From contig NC_043013.1 in NCBI RefSeq assembly GCF_006345805.1, positions 26,288,001 to 26,352,000 of the forward strand: a stretch of DNA of 64,000 bases, read 5' to 3'. Each line of letters begins with the position of its first letter. Positions within the stretch are counted from its first letter, which is position 1. Source of the DNA: Octopus sinensis (lineage: Eukaryota). Below the pieces are notes generated by a model. The model did not search any database and was not told the DNA's origin. It saw only the letters and a program-made list of their open reading frames with translations. Below, piece by piece: positions 39,283-52,089 of this stretch. Position numbers and translations under genes: made by a program.

Positions 39283-41590
39283 CATCATCATCAACATCAT
39301 CATCGTTTAACGTCCGCTTTCCATGCTAGCATGGGTTGGATGGTTCAACTGGGGTCTGGGAAGCCAGAAGGCTGCGCCAGGCCCAGTCTGATCTGGCAGT
39401 GTTTCTACAGCTGGATGCCCTTCCTAACGCCAACCACTCCGTGAGTGTAGTGGGTGCTTTTTACGTGCCACCTGCACAGATGCCAGACGAGGCTGGCAAA
39501 CGTCCACGATCGGATGGTGCTTTTTACGTGCCACCGGCACGGGAGCCAGTCGAGGTTGGCAACGGCCACGATCGGATGGTGCTTTTTACGTGCCACCGGC
39601 ATGAGGCCAGTCGGGGCGGCGCTGGCAACGACCATGTTCGGATGGTTCTCTTACGTACCACTGGCACTGGTATCACAGCTACAATTTCCATTGATGTTGA
39701 TCGATTTCGATTTCACTTGCCTCAACAGGTTTTCACAAGTAGAGTTTTGTGTCACAAGAAGAAAAAGTATGCATAAGTGGACTGGCTACATCCCAGGTAG
39801 AGGCCACGGGTTATGGTCTCACTTGTCCTGCCGGGTCTTCCCACGCACAGCATACTTCCAAAGGTCTCGGTCTCTGGTCATTTCCTCGGTGAGACCTAAA
39901 GTTCGAAGGTCGTGCTTCATCACCTCGTCCCAGGTTTTCCTGGGTCTACCTCTTCCACAGGTTCCCTCAACTGCTAGGGTGTGGCACTTGTTCACACAAC
40001 TATCTTCATCCATTCTCGCCACATGACCATACCAGCGCAAACGTCTCTCTTGCACACCACAACTGATGCTTCTTAGGTCCAACTTTTCTCTCAAGATACT
40101 TACACTCTGTTGAGTATGAACACTGACATTACACATCCATCGGAGCATACTGGCTTCATTTCTTTCGAGCTTACGCATATCCTCAGTAGTCACGGCCCAT
40201 GTTTCACTGCCATGTAGCATGGCTGTTCGTACACATGCGTCATACAGTCTGCTTTTTATTCTGAGCGAGAGGCCTTTTGTCACCAGTAAGAGTTCTCTGA
40301 ACTTTGCCCAGGCTATTCTTACTCTAGCGGTTACACTTTCAGCACACCCGCCCCCGCTATTGACTTGGTCACCTAGGTAACGGAAACTATCAACAATTTC
40401 TAGTTTTTCTCCCTGGAATGCGGCGGAAGTTGGTCTCTACACATTTTCAGTGTTTATTGCTCCTGAGCATCTGCCACATACAAAAACTATCTTCCTAGTT
40501 AGCCTTCCTTTGACATTGCTGCACCTCTTATGTATCCATAGCTTACACTTGGTGCATCTTATAGAGTTTCTACCTACGCCTTTTCTACAGATCGAGCAGG
40601 GCCATCTACCTGAAGGCGTTTGTGATTTGCCTGCCTTCCTACATATTAGGACTTTGGTTTTGGCTAGGTTGATTTTAAGGCCCTTCGATTCTAATCCTTG
40701 TCTCCACACTTGAAACTTTGCCTCTAGTTCTGATAGTGACTCAGCAATTAAAGCAAGGTCACCAGCATATAGGAGCTCCCAGGGGCATCCTATCTTGAAT
40801 TCCTCCGTTATTGCCTAGAGGACTATGATAAATAGGAGGGGGCTGAGGACTGAACCTTGGTGGACCCCTACGTCTACCCTGAATTCTTCAGTGTACTCGT
40901 TGCCAACCCTCACCTTACTTACGGCGTCTCTGTACATGGCTTACACAGCTCTCACTAACCATTCATCTATCCCTAGTTTCCTCATTGACCACCAGATGAG
41001 GGATCGGGGGACCCTGTCAAAGGCTTTCTCCATGTCAACGAAAGCCAGGTACAGGGGCTTATCTTTGGCTAGTATTTCTCCTGCAGCTGTCTTACCAGAA
41101 ATATGGCATCAGTGGTGCTTTTCCCTGGCACGAAACTAAACTGCATCTCATCCAAGCTGACTCTCTCCCTAATAGGTTGGGCTATGACCCTCTCCGTAAC
41201 TTTCATTACCTGATCCAACAGCTTGATACCTCTGTAATTATTTGTATCTAAAGCGTCGCCTTTACCTTGGTAGCAGTTGACTATTATGGTGCTACACCAG
41301 TCATTGGGTATGACTCCTTCGTGTATCACCTGGTTAACTATACGGGTGACTAGGCTATAGCCGACACTACCAGATATTTTGAGCATCTCTGCAGTAATTC
41401 CTGATGGGCCTGGGGCTTTCCCTGTCTTCATTTTCTAATTGCCTTAACTACCAAGGAACTGTCAACTCAGATAGCTGGTCCCTTTGTTGGGTCGACATTC
41501 GGCAGATTCACTTTATCCCATTCATTTTCTTTATTCAGCAACCTTTCATAGTGGCGTCTCCAAACCTCTCTCTTTGCATCCTCATTTAGT
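39283..41590 (-). mobile_element. RTE LINE, second copy, 5'-truncated (RT to 3' tail)
   Basis: ORFs 41069..41431, 40437..40709 and 39819..40283. YADD mutated to YAGD. Same 3' UTR and (CAT)n tail as 14352. Confidence 0.93.
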
Positions 41591-42666
41591 GCATCATGTT
41601 AAATAATGACAAAATCTCAACAGAATTATCTCTTGTATAAAAGTTTAGTGACACAAAACTTTGCATTATGTAGAGACAAAAAAAAAACCTGAAAGCAATT
41701 TTGAAAGTTTTGTGAAGTTGCTAATATTGTTGGCAAAGTTTGATCTCATGCATCTCAGTAAAATGGAAAAGAACTCTGGAAGAATATCACATTTTTTGCC
41801 ATTAAATTAATATTTTCTGCTGCTGCTGCTGGCTTCCACTGTTCATCATAAATTGTTACAATATAAGCTAAGAGAGAGTTCATTCCAAGCAGTTGGTGTC
41901 CTATCTTTCTATTGAAACAATCACTGGGGAAATGACAATTTAACCCTAGGTCAAACTGGCCTAGGATCAATTACTGCTTGAACATGAACAATACCTTTCA
42001 TTGTCACAATCACCACAACATATGGCAGGAGACAAGGTCTTCCTTCTTCCCTCACGATAATCTGTCAAAAATGACCAAAACGATTTCAGTTGTTACTATT
42101 ACAGACTAGTGAACTGCTGGTTACAAAAACATTCATACAAATGCTGTAATTAACAGTTTTACATATGCTGTCAATACATGATACATGACTGTATCTAGTA
42201 ATGATTCAAATTATTTAAAGTTTTGTAGACTGTCATAAAGAATGTTATACATACTGCAAATACATCATCTGCAGTTTCATCAGAAATTCATTAACATTAG
42301 TAATCGACCATTCAAAGCATGATAGGATTCCATCAGTTTTTCTTGAATTTCTTGCTATTCATTTTAGTTTTCTTGTTTAAAATGGAAGAGGAATTGGGGT
42401 AATTTTGTGTTTAACCATACAAGTTTCACTTCTATGACAAGAACACATTAGCTGGGATATTTTTCATCAGTAATTTAATACCTGCAGTCACCACTTTTGC
42501 TGGGGAATTTTGCAACCTTTCAGTTTATGTATGTATGTATGTATGTATGTATGTATGTATGTATGTATTATGTATGTGTGTGTGTTGTATGTATGTATGT
42601 GTGTATGTATGTATGTATGTATGTATGTATGTATGTATGTGTGTGTGTGTGTGTGTGTTGTATGTG

Positions 42667-42704
<38 letters not shown>

Positions 42705-43331
42705 ACACACTTTTCACAAAGCCACTTCAACTTTCTCTACTTCTCCACTCAAAACTAAGTGTCTGTGAAACTAATTGCCTCAGAAGAAAATTAATCCATT
42801 TGTTGAAAATACACTCTCTACTACATTACATTTTCATGACCAGCTTTGTAAAACCAAAAACTCAAAACATCTCTATGAAGTTTTTGTACAAAAACTGTCA
42901 AAACAATCATAAAAATATGGCCATTGTTGATTGAGACAAATCAAAATTCAAAGCCTACATTATGAAAATCAGCTATGCTACAAAACCAATATATGTCCAC
43001 ACAATCTGCTAGAAATAGTAACCTATTCTCTTCCAAATTACATTTTAGAATCTTAATCCTTTGCCTGTCTAAAGTATTTTCATATGTTTCTCCTAAATGT
43101 CCATGCTTGTTTTCAAACTTTTAGCTAACCCTTGTTTCATACGTTCTGAGTAACATAAAGCTTTCTATTCATAAGTCTCAAATTACTCTAATGGTTAAAA
43201 AGAAAATTGAAAAATAATGTGTACTGCATATGATGCATGGGTGTTGGGAAAATGTGTATCATATTGATACACTGGACAAGCAAAGGATTAAGCAGATAGG
43301 TGGAATAGACATAACTGAAATGTCCTTGACC

Positions 43332-43695
43332 ATACAGCTATGGTGGTCTGAGAATACCAAATAGTTTATACAGCTATGGTGATCTGAGAATACCAAATAG
43401 TTTATACAGCTATGGTGATCTGAGAATGCTAAATAATTTATACAGCTATGGTAATCTGAGAATGCTAAATAATTTATACAGCTACGGTGTTCTGAGAATG
43501 CTAAATAATTTATACAGCTACAGTGATCTGAGAATACCAAATAATATATACAGCTACAGTGATCTAAGAATGCCAAATAATTTATACAGCTACGGTGTTC
43601 TGAGTATAACAAATAATTTATACAGCTATGGTGATCTGAGAATAACAAATAATTTATATAGCTACAGTGCTCTGAGAATAACAAATAATTTATAT
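43332..43695. repeat. 36-bp minisatellite, about 10 copies
   Basis: Unit tacagctatggtgatctgagaatgctaaataattta; ORFs on both strands show 12-aa periodicity. Confidence 0.95.
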
Positions 43696-43891
43696 TTCTC
43701 CACAGTTGCATAAGATTTGAAGCAAGATGGTTAAGTGGGTAAGACTTGGTTGAATGTGAATTGTTCATTTGTGTGATAATTGTGATTAATAAGTATAAAA
43801 GAAATAGACAGAATAATGTATGTGAAAGTGTGAACTATGGTTATAACATATGCAAAGGTATGATTTATCAGGTACCATACATCAATGGTTC

Positions 43892-44268
43892 ATACAAACA
43901 GTTTATGAGTCACTAAATCACTATAAGATCTCCACCCAACCAAAACACAGGCTTATGTAAGCCTGATTTTATACACATCTATAACTGAATAGCTTGAGTA
44001 TTGCAGGTATGACTGATGAAAGCTGGCCTGCAACTACACCACAATAATAACCATTTTGTCTACCCACATCATATCAACACTTTTATCTACCTATGATATA
44101 TTCCCCAATGTTTTTTCATTTAACTCAACTAACCTGCAACAACAGAAACTAAATAATTCTCTCCTGTACTATCAAACAGTTTATGAGTCATTAAATCAGT
44201 ATAAGCTCTCCACCCAACCAAAACATAGGCTTATGTAAGCCTGATTTTATACACATCTGTAACTGAAT
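43892..44268. repeat. About 98-bp direct duplication (about 43892-43990 and 44171-44268)
   Basis: caaacagtttatgagtca...ggcttatgtaagcctgattttatacacatct occurs twice. Confidence 0.85.
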
Positions 44269-44400
44269 ATTTGTAAAATATAAAAGACTTGTTTTCATAT
44301 AATTATTGAGGTCAATAAAAATACATATTAAAAAAAGTCAATTGTTAAACCCTCAAACAACAAAATGCAATAGAATGTGTTGTACTTTGGTATTTCCAAA

Positions 44401-44622
44401 TTACTCTTTTACTCTTTTACTTGTTTCAGTCATTTGACTGTGGCCATGTTGGAGCACCACCTTTAGTTGAGCATATCGACCCCAGCACTTATTCTTTGTA
44501 AACCTAGTACTTATTCTATCGGTCTCTTTTGCCTAACTGCTAAGTTACGGGGATGTAAACACACCAGCATCGGTTGTCAAGTGATGTGGTGGTGGGGGGG
44601 ACAAACACAGGCACACAAACAC

Positions 44623-44653
<31 letters not shown>

Positions 44654-44824
44654 CATATATACGATGAGCTTCTTTCAGTTTCCATCTACCAAATCCACTC
44701 ACAAAGCTTTGGTTGGCCCGAGGCTATAGTTGAAGACACTTGCCCAAGGTGCTGCTCAGTGGGACTGAACCCAGAACCGTGTGGTTGGTAAGCAAGCTAC
44801 TTAACACACAGCCACTCCTACGCC
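44401..44824 (-). mobile_element. SINE family A, full-length copy
   Basis: Head ggcgtaggagtggctgtgtg...ggttcagtcccactg; tail (taaaagag)n. Confidence 0.88.
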
Positions 44825-45118
44825 TATATTTTTACTATATTAAAACAAGTTTCTTTACCATGTATTATTGACCTCATTAACTAGACAGAAACAAGTTTTT
44901 TACTATTTTATATTCTTCTTAGTATGTATATTCTTTTGCCTTTTACATGCTACCAGCACAGGTGCGAGTTATGAAATCCTGGCATCAGCCATGACTACGA
45001 TCTTACTTGGCTTGACAGGTCTTCTCAAGCACAGCATATTGCCAAAGGTCTCAGTCACTTGTCACTGCCTCTGTGAGGCCCAAAATTCGAAGGGTGCATT
45101 TTACATGCTCCTTACTGG

Positions 45119-45153
<35 letters not shown>

Positions 45154-45167
45154 AAATCAACCTTTGA

Positions 45168-45206
<39 letters not shown>

Positions 45207-45733
45207 TGTGTGTGTGTGTGTGTGTGTAAATCAACCTTTGAATGTTGGGCTTCACAGAGGCAAAGTTCCTTTCAAGTGTTGGGCTCACGGAGGTGAGGTG
45301 ACCGAGTTCTTTTTGAGCAAGCCTCACAGAGGTGATGTGGCTGAGTTCCTTTGAAGCATTGGCCTACATGGGGGCAAAGTGGCCAAGCACCTTTCAAGCG
45401 GCAATAACCAAGACCTTTGGTATTATGTCGTGCTTGGGAAGAAGACCCATCAAACCGAACAAAATCAGTTATGACAGATACCAGTGTCATGCAAATGGCA
45501 CCCTTTATACTCTCGGAGTGGTTGGCATTAAGAAGGACATCCAGCTATAGAAAACCATGCTAAATCAGACTGGATCCTGGTGCAACCTTCAGCACACCAG
45601 CCCAGTCAAACCGTCCAACCCATACCAGCATGGACAATGGACGTTAAATGATGATGATGATGATATATATATATATATATATATACATACATACATAGAT
45701 ACACATATATATTCACATACATGTACATATATG

Positions 45734-45797
<64 letters not shown>

Positions 45798-45990
45798 CGT
45801 ACAGTCACCATACATATGTATGTATATTTCAAATCTTTGGCTCTAACTTAAACTTTAGTCTGTTAAGCTAGAAAGAACTTCCAAATTCTGTTCTTGGACA
45901 TCCTGTGTTTCCGTGTTATATTAACTTTTGAATCTTCAATTGACCATTTCATGAAACCCACATTTTCTCTGATCTTTCTAGTCTGAAAGT

Positions 45991-45996
45991 TTTATT
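45991..45996 (-). promoter_or_regulatory. Candidate polyadenylation signal AATAAA for the SNX gene
   Basis: AATAAA on the minus strand about 195 nt after the stop codon. Confidence 0.3.
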
Positions 45997-46188
45997 ACAA
46001 CCATAAACATATCTATCAACAGCATTATTTTCTTACCTTTACCATCACAACCACTACTAGTGTCAAGAAAGACACCAACATCACTACTACCATCATCCAA
46101 ACAACAACAACAACAGCAGCAGCAGCAACACAGTATATAAGCAAATAGTGATAATATAATAAAACATATTATAAGTTTAATTTTAAAT

Positions 46189-46270
46189 CTATTTATTTAA
46201 AAGATGATGGGCCTCTCCTACAGATATAAGGTTTTCTTCAATGCTGTCGTTCTCTTCAACTTGGTCTAAC
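46189..46270 (-). CDS. SNX10/11: Sorting nexin last coding exon: (Q)LDQVEENDSIEENLISVGEAHHLLNK*
   Basis: Strong acceptor tttgttattttgcag|; phase 2 matches donor CA|gtttgt at 55067; TAG at 46191-46189. Confidence 0.72.
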
Positions 46271-46689
46271 CTGCAAAATAACAAAACACTAAGTTATCTA
46301 TCAGTTAGAAAATGGTAAGATAAAAATAAATGCATATTGAAAAAAGAGATTGCGACCTCGATGTTGGATTAAAATTGACCTTAAGGTGTAGAGGCTTTAT
46401 TGGGTAAATCTGTTTGATTTTTTAAAATTTTACATGATCTGAGTTCAAACCGGTGAAAACCTTTGGAGAATAAAAATGTGGCTGCTCTCTGTACTATAAT
46501 CATTTTCATTTATCTGTGATAGATGTTTATATCCATCCATTCGTTTGCTCTAACATGTTTTTCGTCCATGTTAAGATTAAATGAATACATTCAAGAAGCA
46601 TGAATTTTCGTACATCAGACAAAAATTGTAGCAGCATCTTCTCAGCTCTTTATGGTCCTGACTTGGTAAACACCCACAAAATTATTAGC

Positions 46690-47075
46690 CATCACACTAA
46701 TAACCACCTTGAGCACCATCTTGAGCTTCATGTGTCTAACACACGAGGGCATGTCTACAAAGTCAGAAAACAACACAGCTTCCATGACCTACAAGAACAT
46801 TTTTTTCACACTCAGAGTTGCTGAAGCATGGAACAAACTACCTGCACCAGTTATTAGTTGCCGATACATTGCATCCTTTATATCCTCCATGCTTCCTGGA
46901 ATTTGCCAGCACTACACTTCATATCCAACATTCTCTATAAGCATGCACACTTGTATATCATGATTGATGCACTGTTCACTTTCATGACTTTTGAACATAA
47001 TTCTATGTATTGTACATGCACCTTTGATAAGCTGTAGTGCACCTGAGCACTATACACAATAATTTCATTATTATT
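46690..47075 (+). pseudogene. CR1-type LINE 3' end
   Basis: TRGHVYKVRKQH...FFTLRVAEAWNKLPAPVI, a typical CR1 C-terminal motif. Confidence 0.75.
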
Positions 47076-47079
47076 ATTA

Positions 47080-47762
47080 GACGTAGGAGTGGCTGTGTGG
47101 TAAGTAGCTTGCTTACCAACCACATGGTTCCGGGATCAGTCCCACTGCATGGCACCTTGGGCAAGTGTCTTCTACTATAACCTTGAGCCAACCAAAGCCT
47201 TATGAGTGGATTTGGTTGACGGAAACTGAAAGAAGCCTGTCAAGCTGCAGTGGTGTGCTGCCAGACACGTTAGCACGCCAGGCAAAATGTTTAGCAGTAT
47301 TTCCTCTGCTGCTATGTTCTGAGTTCAAATTCCGCTGAGGTCGACTTTGCCTTTCATCCTTTCAGGGCCATTAAATTAAGTACCAGTTACACACTGGGGT
47401 TGATGTAATCGACTTAATCCATTTGTCTGTCCTTGTTTGTCCCCTCTATGTTTAGCCCCCTGTGGGCAATAAAGAAATAAGGAAACTGAAAGAAGCCTGT
47501 CATATATATGTTTATATATATATATGTATGTATACGTGTGTATATGTTTGTGTGTCTGTGTTAGTCCCCACAACATCGCTTGACAACCAATGCTGTTGTG
47601 TTTACATCCCCGTAACTTAGTGGTTCGGCAAAAGAGACCGATAGAATAAATACTAGGCTTACAAAGAATAAATCCTGGGGCGATTTGCTCGACTAAAGGC
47701 AGTGCTCCAGCACGGCCACAGTCAAATGACTGAAACAAGTAAAAGAGTAAAAAAAAAAGAGT
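47080..47762 (+). mobile_element. SINE family A interrupted by a family B SINE (47243-47480)
   Basis: Insert flanked by a perfect 22-bp duplication ggaaactgaaagaagcctgtca (47221-47242, 47481-47502). Confidence 0.9.
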
Positions 47763-48389
47763 ATTATGTTCAAATCTTACCAAGATCAACTTTGCTTTTC
47801 AACTTTTCAGGATCAATAAAATAAAGTACCACTGGAGTACTGAGATTGATGTAACTGACTAAACCCACCACCTCTTTAAAATTGCTGGCCTTGTGTCAAT
47901 ATTTGAAACCATTGAAATAGCGAGCTGCCAGGATTGTAAACATATTAAACAAAACACTTAGTGATATTTCATTCAGCTTTTTATGTTTTGAGTTCAAATG
48001 CCACCTATGGTCAACATTGTCTTTCATCCTTTCCAGGTCAATAAAATATGTACCACTTGAGCACTGGAGTTGATGCAAATAGCTTGCCTGTCTCCTCAAA
48101 ATTGCTGGCCTTCTGCCAAAATTAGAAAGAATTATTGAGGCATTGTTTTACAGCTGGATGCCTTCCCTGTCCCTAATGCTTTCCTGTTTTTCAAGTAATC
48201 AAGCTTTCATTATACACATCTTCAAAGGGGAAAAATGAGTATACAGTATGTTGACAGAAGAGACATCATCATATGTTGTTCATATGTGGGTTAAACAATC
48301 CTTCTTTTTAAGGTTGTATTCTACTGCCAGATGTCCTTTCTCATGCCAGCCCTTCTTTTCAACTAAGCTACTCCATACAGTTCTCACTT

Positions 48390-48935
48390 GCGCTTGCCGA
48401 GTCTTTTCAAGAACAGCTTATTTCCTGAGGTCCCGGTCACTTGTCATTGCCTCGGTGAGGCCCAATGTTTGAAGGTCATGCTTCACCACCTCATCCCAGG
48501 TCTTCCTGGGTCTACCTCTTCCACATGTTCCCTCAACTGCTAGGGTGTGGCACTTTTTCACACAGCTATCCACATCCATTCTTGCCACATGATCATATCA
48601 ATGCAGTCGTCTCTCTTGCACACCACATCTGATGCTTCTTAGGTCCAAACTTTCTCTCAAGGCACTAACACTGTGATGAGTATGCACACTGACATTACAC
48701 ATCCATTGGAGCATGCTGGCTTCATTCCTTGCGAGCTTACGCATGTCCTCAGCAGTCATGGCCCATGTTTCACTGCCATGTAGCATGGCTGTTTGTACAC
48801 ATGCGTCGTACAGTCTACGCTTTACTCTGAGTGAGAGGCCCTTTGTCACCAGTAGAGGTAAGAGCTTTCTGAACTTAGCCTAGGCTATTCTTATTCTAGC
48901 AGCTACACTTTTAGTGCACCCTCCCCTGCTACTGA
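48390..48935 (-). pseudogene. RTE LINE 3' coding fragment (third copy); further pieces at about 4880-4980 and 59455-60260
   Basis: ORF 48598..48849 MTKGLSLRVKRRLYDACVQTAMLHGSETWAM. Confidence 0.88.
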
Positions 48936-48939
48936 TGTG

Positions 48940-49303
48940 CTCGGCTGCACATCGCACAACTGAGCCTGCAGAAGTTGAATGAATTGAGCTACAAAACTCT
49001 GCCTCATTGGCTATACTCAGCAGACGTCTCACCTACCAACTACCACTTTTTCAAGCATCTGAACAACTTCTTGTGTGAGAAGTGCTTCAAAAACCAAGAC
49101 AATGCCAAACATGCTTTCAATGGCTTCATCACCACCAGAACACAGGATTTTTATGATACTGGCATAAATAAACTTGTTTCGCATTGGCAAAAGTTTGTTA
49201 ATTCTGATGGTGTTTACTTCGATTAATAAAGTTTTGTTTGAGCTGAGATATGTGCACCTGAATTTAAAGGTTAAAAACTGCAAGAACTTTCTTGACAACC
49301 TAA
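48940..49303 (+). pseudogene. Mariner (Hsmar1/cecropia-like) transposase C-terminus plus 3' TIR
   Basis: LPHWLYSADVSPTNYHFFKHLNNFL...GINKLVSHWQKFVNSDGVYFD*; the TIR reads ttaggttgtcaagaaagttcttgcagttttt on the minus strand (49273-49303). Confidence 0.9.
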
Positions 49304-49533
49304 CATATGTATATATGTATGTGTTTGTATATGTTTGTGTGTTTGTGTTTGTTCCCCCAACATCGCTTGACAACTGATGCTGGTATGTTTATGTCCCATT
49401 AACCTAGCAGTTCAGCAAAAGAGAGCGGTAAAATAAGTATTAGGCGTACAAAGAATAAGTCGTGGGGTCGATTTGCTCGACTAAAGGTGGTCCTCCAGCA
49501 TGGCTGCAATCAAAATTATTGAAGCAAATAAAA

Positions 49534-49575
<42 letters not shown>

Positions 49576-49623
49576 GTATCTATGTATTATGTGGATATAT
49601 ATAATATATATAATATATATATA

Positions 49624-49658
<35 letters not shown>

Positions 49659-52089
49659 GATGTATATGTATCTATGTATTATGTATATTATATATATATA
49701 TATATATTATATATATATATATATATATAATAAATATTAATTAGAGACAAAACCACTATTTTGCAAAACAAACAAGGAAGACTTAATCAATACATAAAAT
49801 TTTTTAATAAAAAGTAATGTACCTTTGCACCCCAGAATTACTCTTAAAGACCATAAAGATAATTTTTATTCAGACCCTAAAGTTAGATTAATTTGCCCAT
49901 GTAAATCTGACCTAGGTAAATTAAGTAAATTTATTTTAGATAAATATATCGATAAGTTAAATAAACTTAATTATTTAAAATTATGGTTTAGTAATAACAA
50001 TACATTGAAATGGTTTGATAATATTAAAGATAAAAATCGTTATAAATTTATTCAAATAGATATAGATAATTATTATTCTTCTAATGAAATTGTGTTTAAT
50101 AAAGCGCTTATTTTCGCAATGAATAAAGTGGGTATGTCACGTGAAGAAGTTAATGTAATTAAAATGGCTAGGAAATCGCTCATTAAATATAAAAATAAAT
50201 TATGGGCTAGGAATGATACCAGAGATTGTTTTGATAAACCTATGGGAGCACCAGATTCTGCACAGGCTACTGATTTAGTAGCTATTTTTCTTTTATCTGA
50301 ACTCCAATTAGAAAATCTTAAGATAGAGGGTGGCTTATATAGAGACGATCTTCTACTAGTTACAAAGAATTGTACTAATAGGAATCTAGAAGTATATAAG
50401 AAAAAACTATATAGTTTCTTTAAAAGATATGGTTTAAGTATTACTATATATAAGGAGAATTATAATGTTAATTATTTAGATGTTAATTTTAATCTAATTA
50501 CTGGTAAAACACAACCATATCATAAACTTAATGAGAACCTTAAATATATAAATGTTAATAGTAATCACCCATTTTCTATTAAAAAATCGTTGATTAATAA
50601 TATAAGTAAACGTATTTCATTACTCTCTTATGATATAGAGATTTTTAATAAACATGCTAATTATTATAATGAGGCCCTTAGAGGGGCAGGTTATAATAGG
50701 AATATTAAATTTTATAATATTAGTGATAAAGATTTAAATGATAATTTTCGAGATACTTCTAATAATAATTATAATTTTGTTAGGTTTAGTGGTAAAAATA
50801 ATAGATATTATAAAAATAATAATAAAAATGATAAAAATAAAAATAAGAATAAAAATAATAATAATAATAATACAAATAAGAATAATAAAAATAAAAAAAA
50901 TTTAATAATAATTATAATAATTATATTGATAAATTAATAATATTAATAATTCCTTAAATGCTGTACATAGATATAATTCTGATAATAATTTTAATGAAAT
51001 AAAGAATTATAAATATATTATAATAATGACAATAATAATAAGGTTAATATGAATAAAATTTGGTTAATAGTTCCTTATGGAGATCAAGTAAAACGAATAT
51101 TATCAAAGAGATTTTAGATGTTATAGAACTATTTATTAGAGATAATCGTAAATATAGAAACATTTTCTCTAGTAATAATTTTGGAGTAGGTTATTCTACC
51201 ACTAATAATGTAGGTAACATTATTTCTTCATTTAATAAATTTAAACTGAATAATTTTATAAAAGAAATTATTTGATAATAATATTAATAATGATAAGACT
51301 TATATTAATTGTACTTGTAGAGATAAATCTAATTGTATATTAAATAATAATTGTGATATTAACGGTGTAGTGTATAAATGTATAGTTACATTACATGATA
51401 ATAAACTTTAAGAATAATAATTACCCAAAAGCGGTTTATATAGGGTCTACTTCCTCAAAAATAAAATTAAGAATCGCACAACATATGAATTCTTTTAAAA
51501 ATAAAAACTTAATCAACTCAACTGGACTTAGTAAGTACATTTGGAGTCTTAAATCACAAAATATTAATTATAGTTTAATTTAGGAAATAATTTGTAAAAC
51601 TAAATCATATACTATAGGAGCTAATTGTTGTTATTTATGCTCTAATGAGTTTAAAGAAATTATTTATAAGTATGATAATTTACTTAATACAGGTGAAGAG
51701 CGCAAAATAAAATGCAGACATAGGTTACTTTACCTATATAATAAGTTTCATGATAAATAACAATAATAGTTCCCTATTAAAGGTTACTTTAGTTTAATTT
51801 AGTTTAGAGTATTATATATATTTAGTTATGTAGTCTAGGCTTTAATTATAGTTAATCTTGAATTGATATTTCTTTGTTTTAATTAGTTCATTTTTAATGT
51901 ATATTAATATATAACAGTTTATGGTACGTTAAAACTTTAATAATTTATATTAGATTTATTTTATTTTCTTTAATTATTTTTTTATTTTATTTTATTATGT
52001 ATTTTTATTATGTATATGTTATATGTATATTGGAGGATATATTCTTATGGATGATTGGGTGTATTTAGTGGTGTATATATTGAGTTTTG

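Noticed and set aside
50760-50937. Asn/Lys-rich C-terminus of ORF 49825..50937 as a separate domain
   Set aside because: AAT-microsatellite-like linker with a frameshift; part of the Penelope ORF.
51270-51720. Possible selenocysteine (in-frame TGA) recoding, as reported for some Naiad elements
   Set aside because: Cys positions in the endonuclease region are ordinary TGT; the stops seen come from frameshifts.
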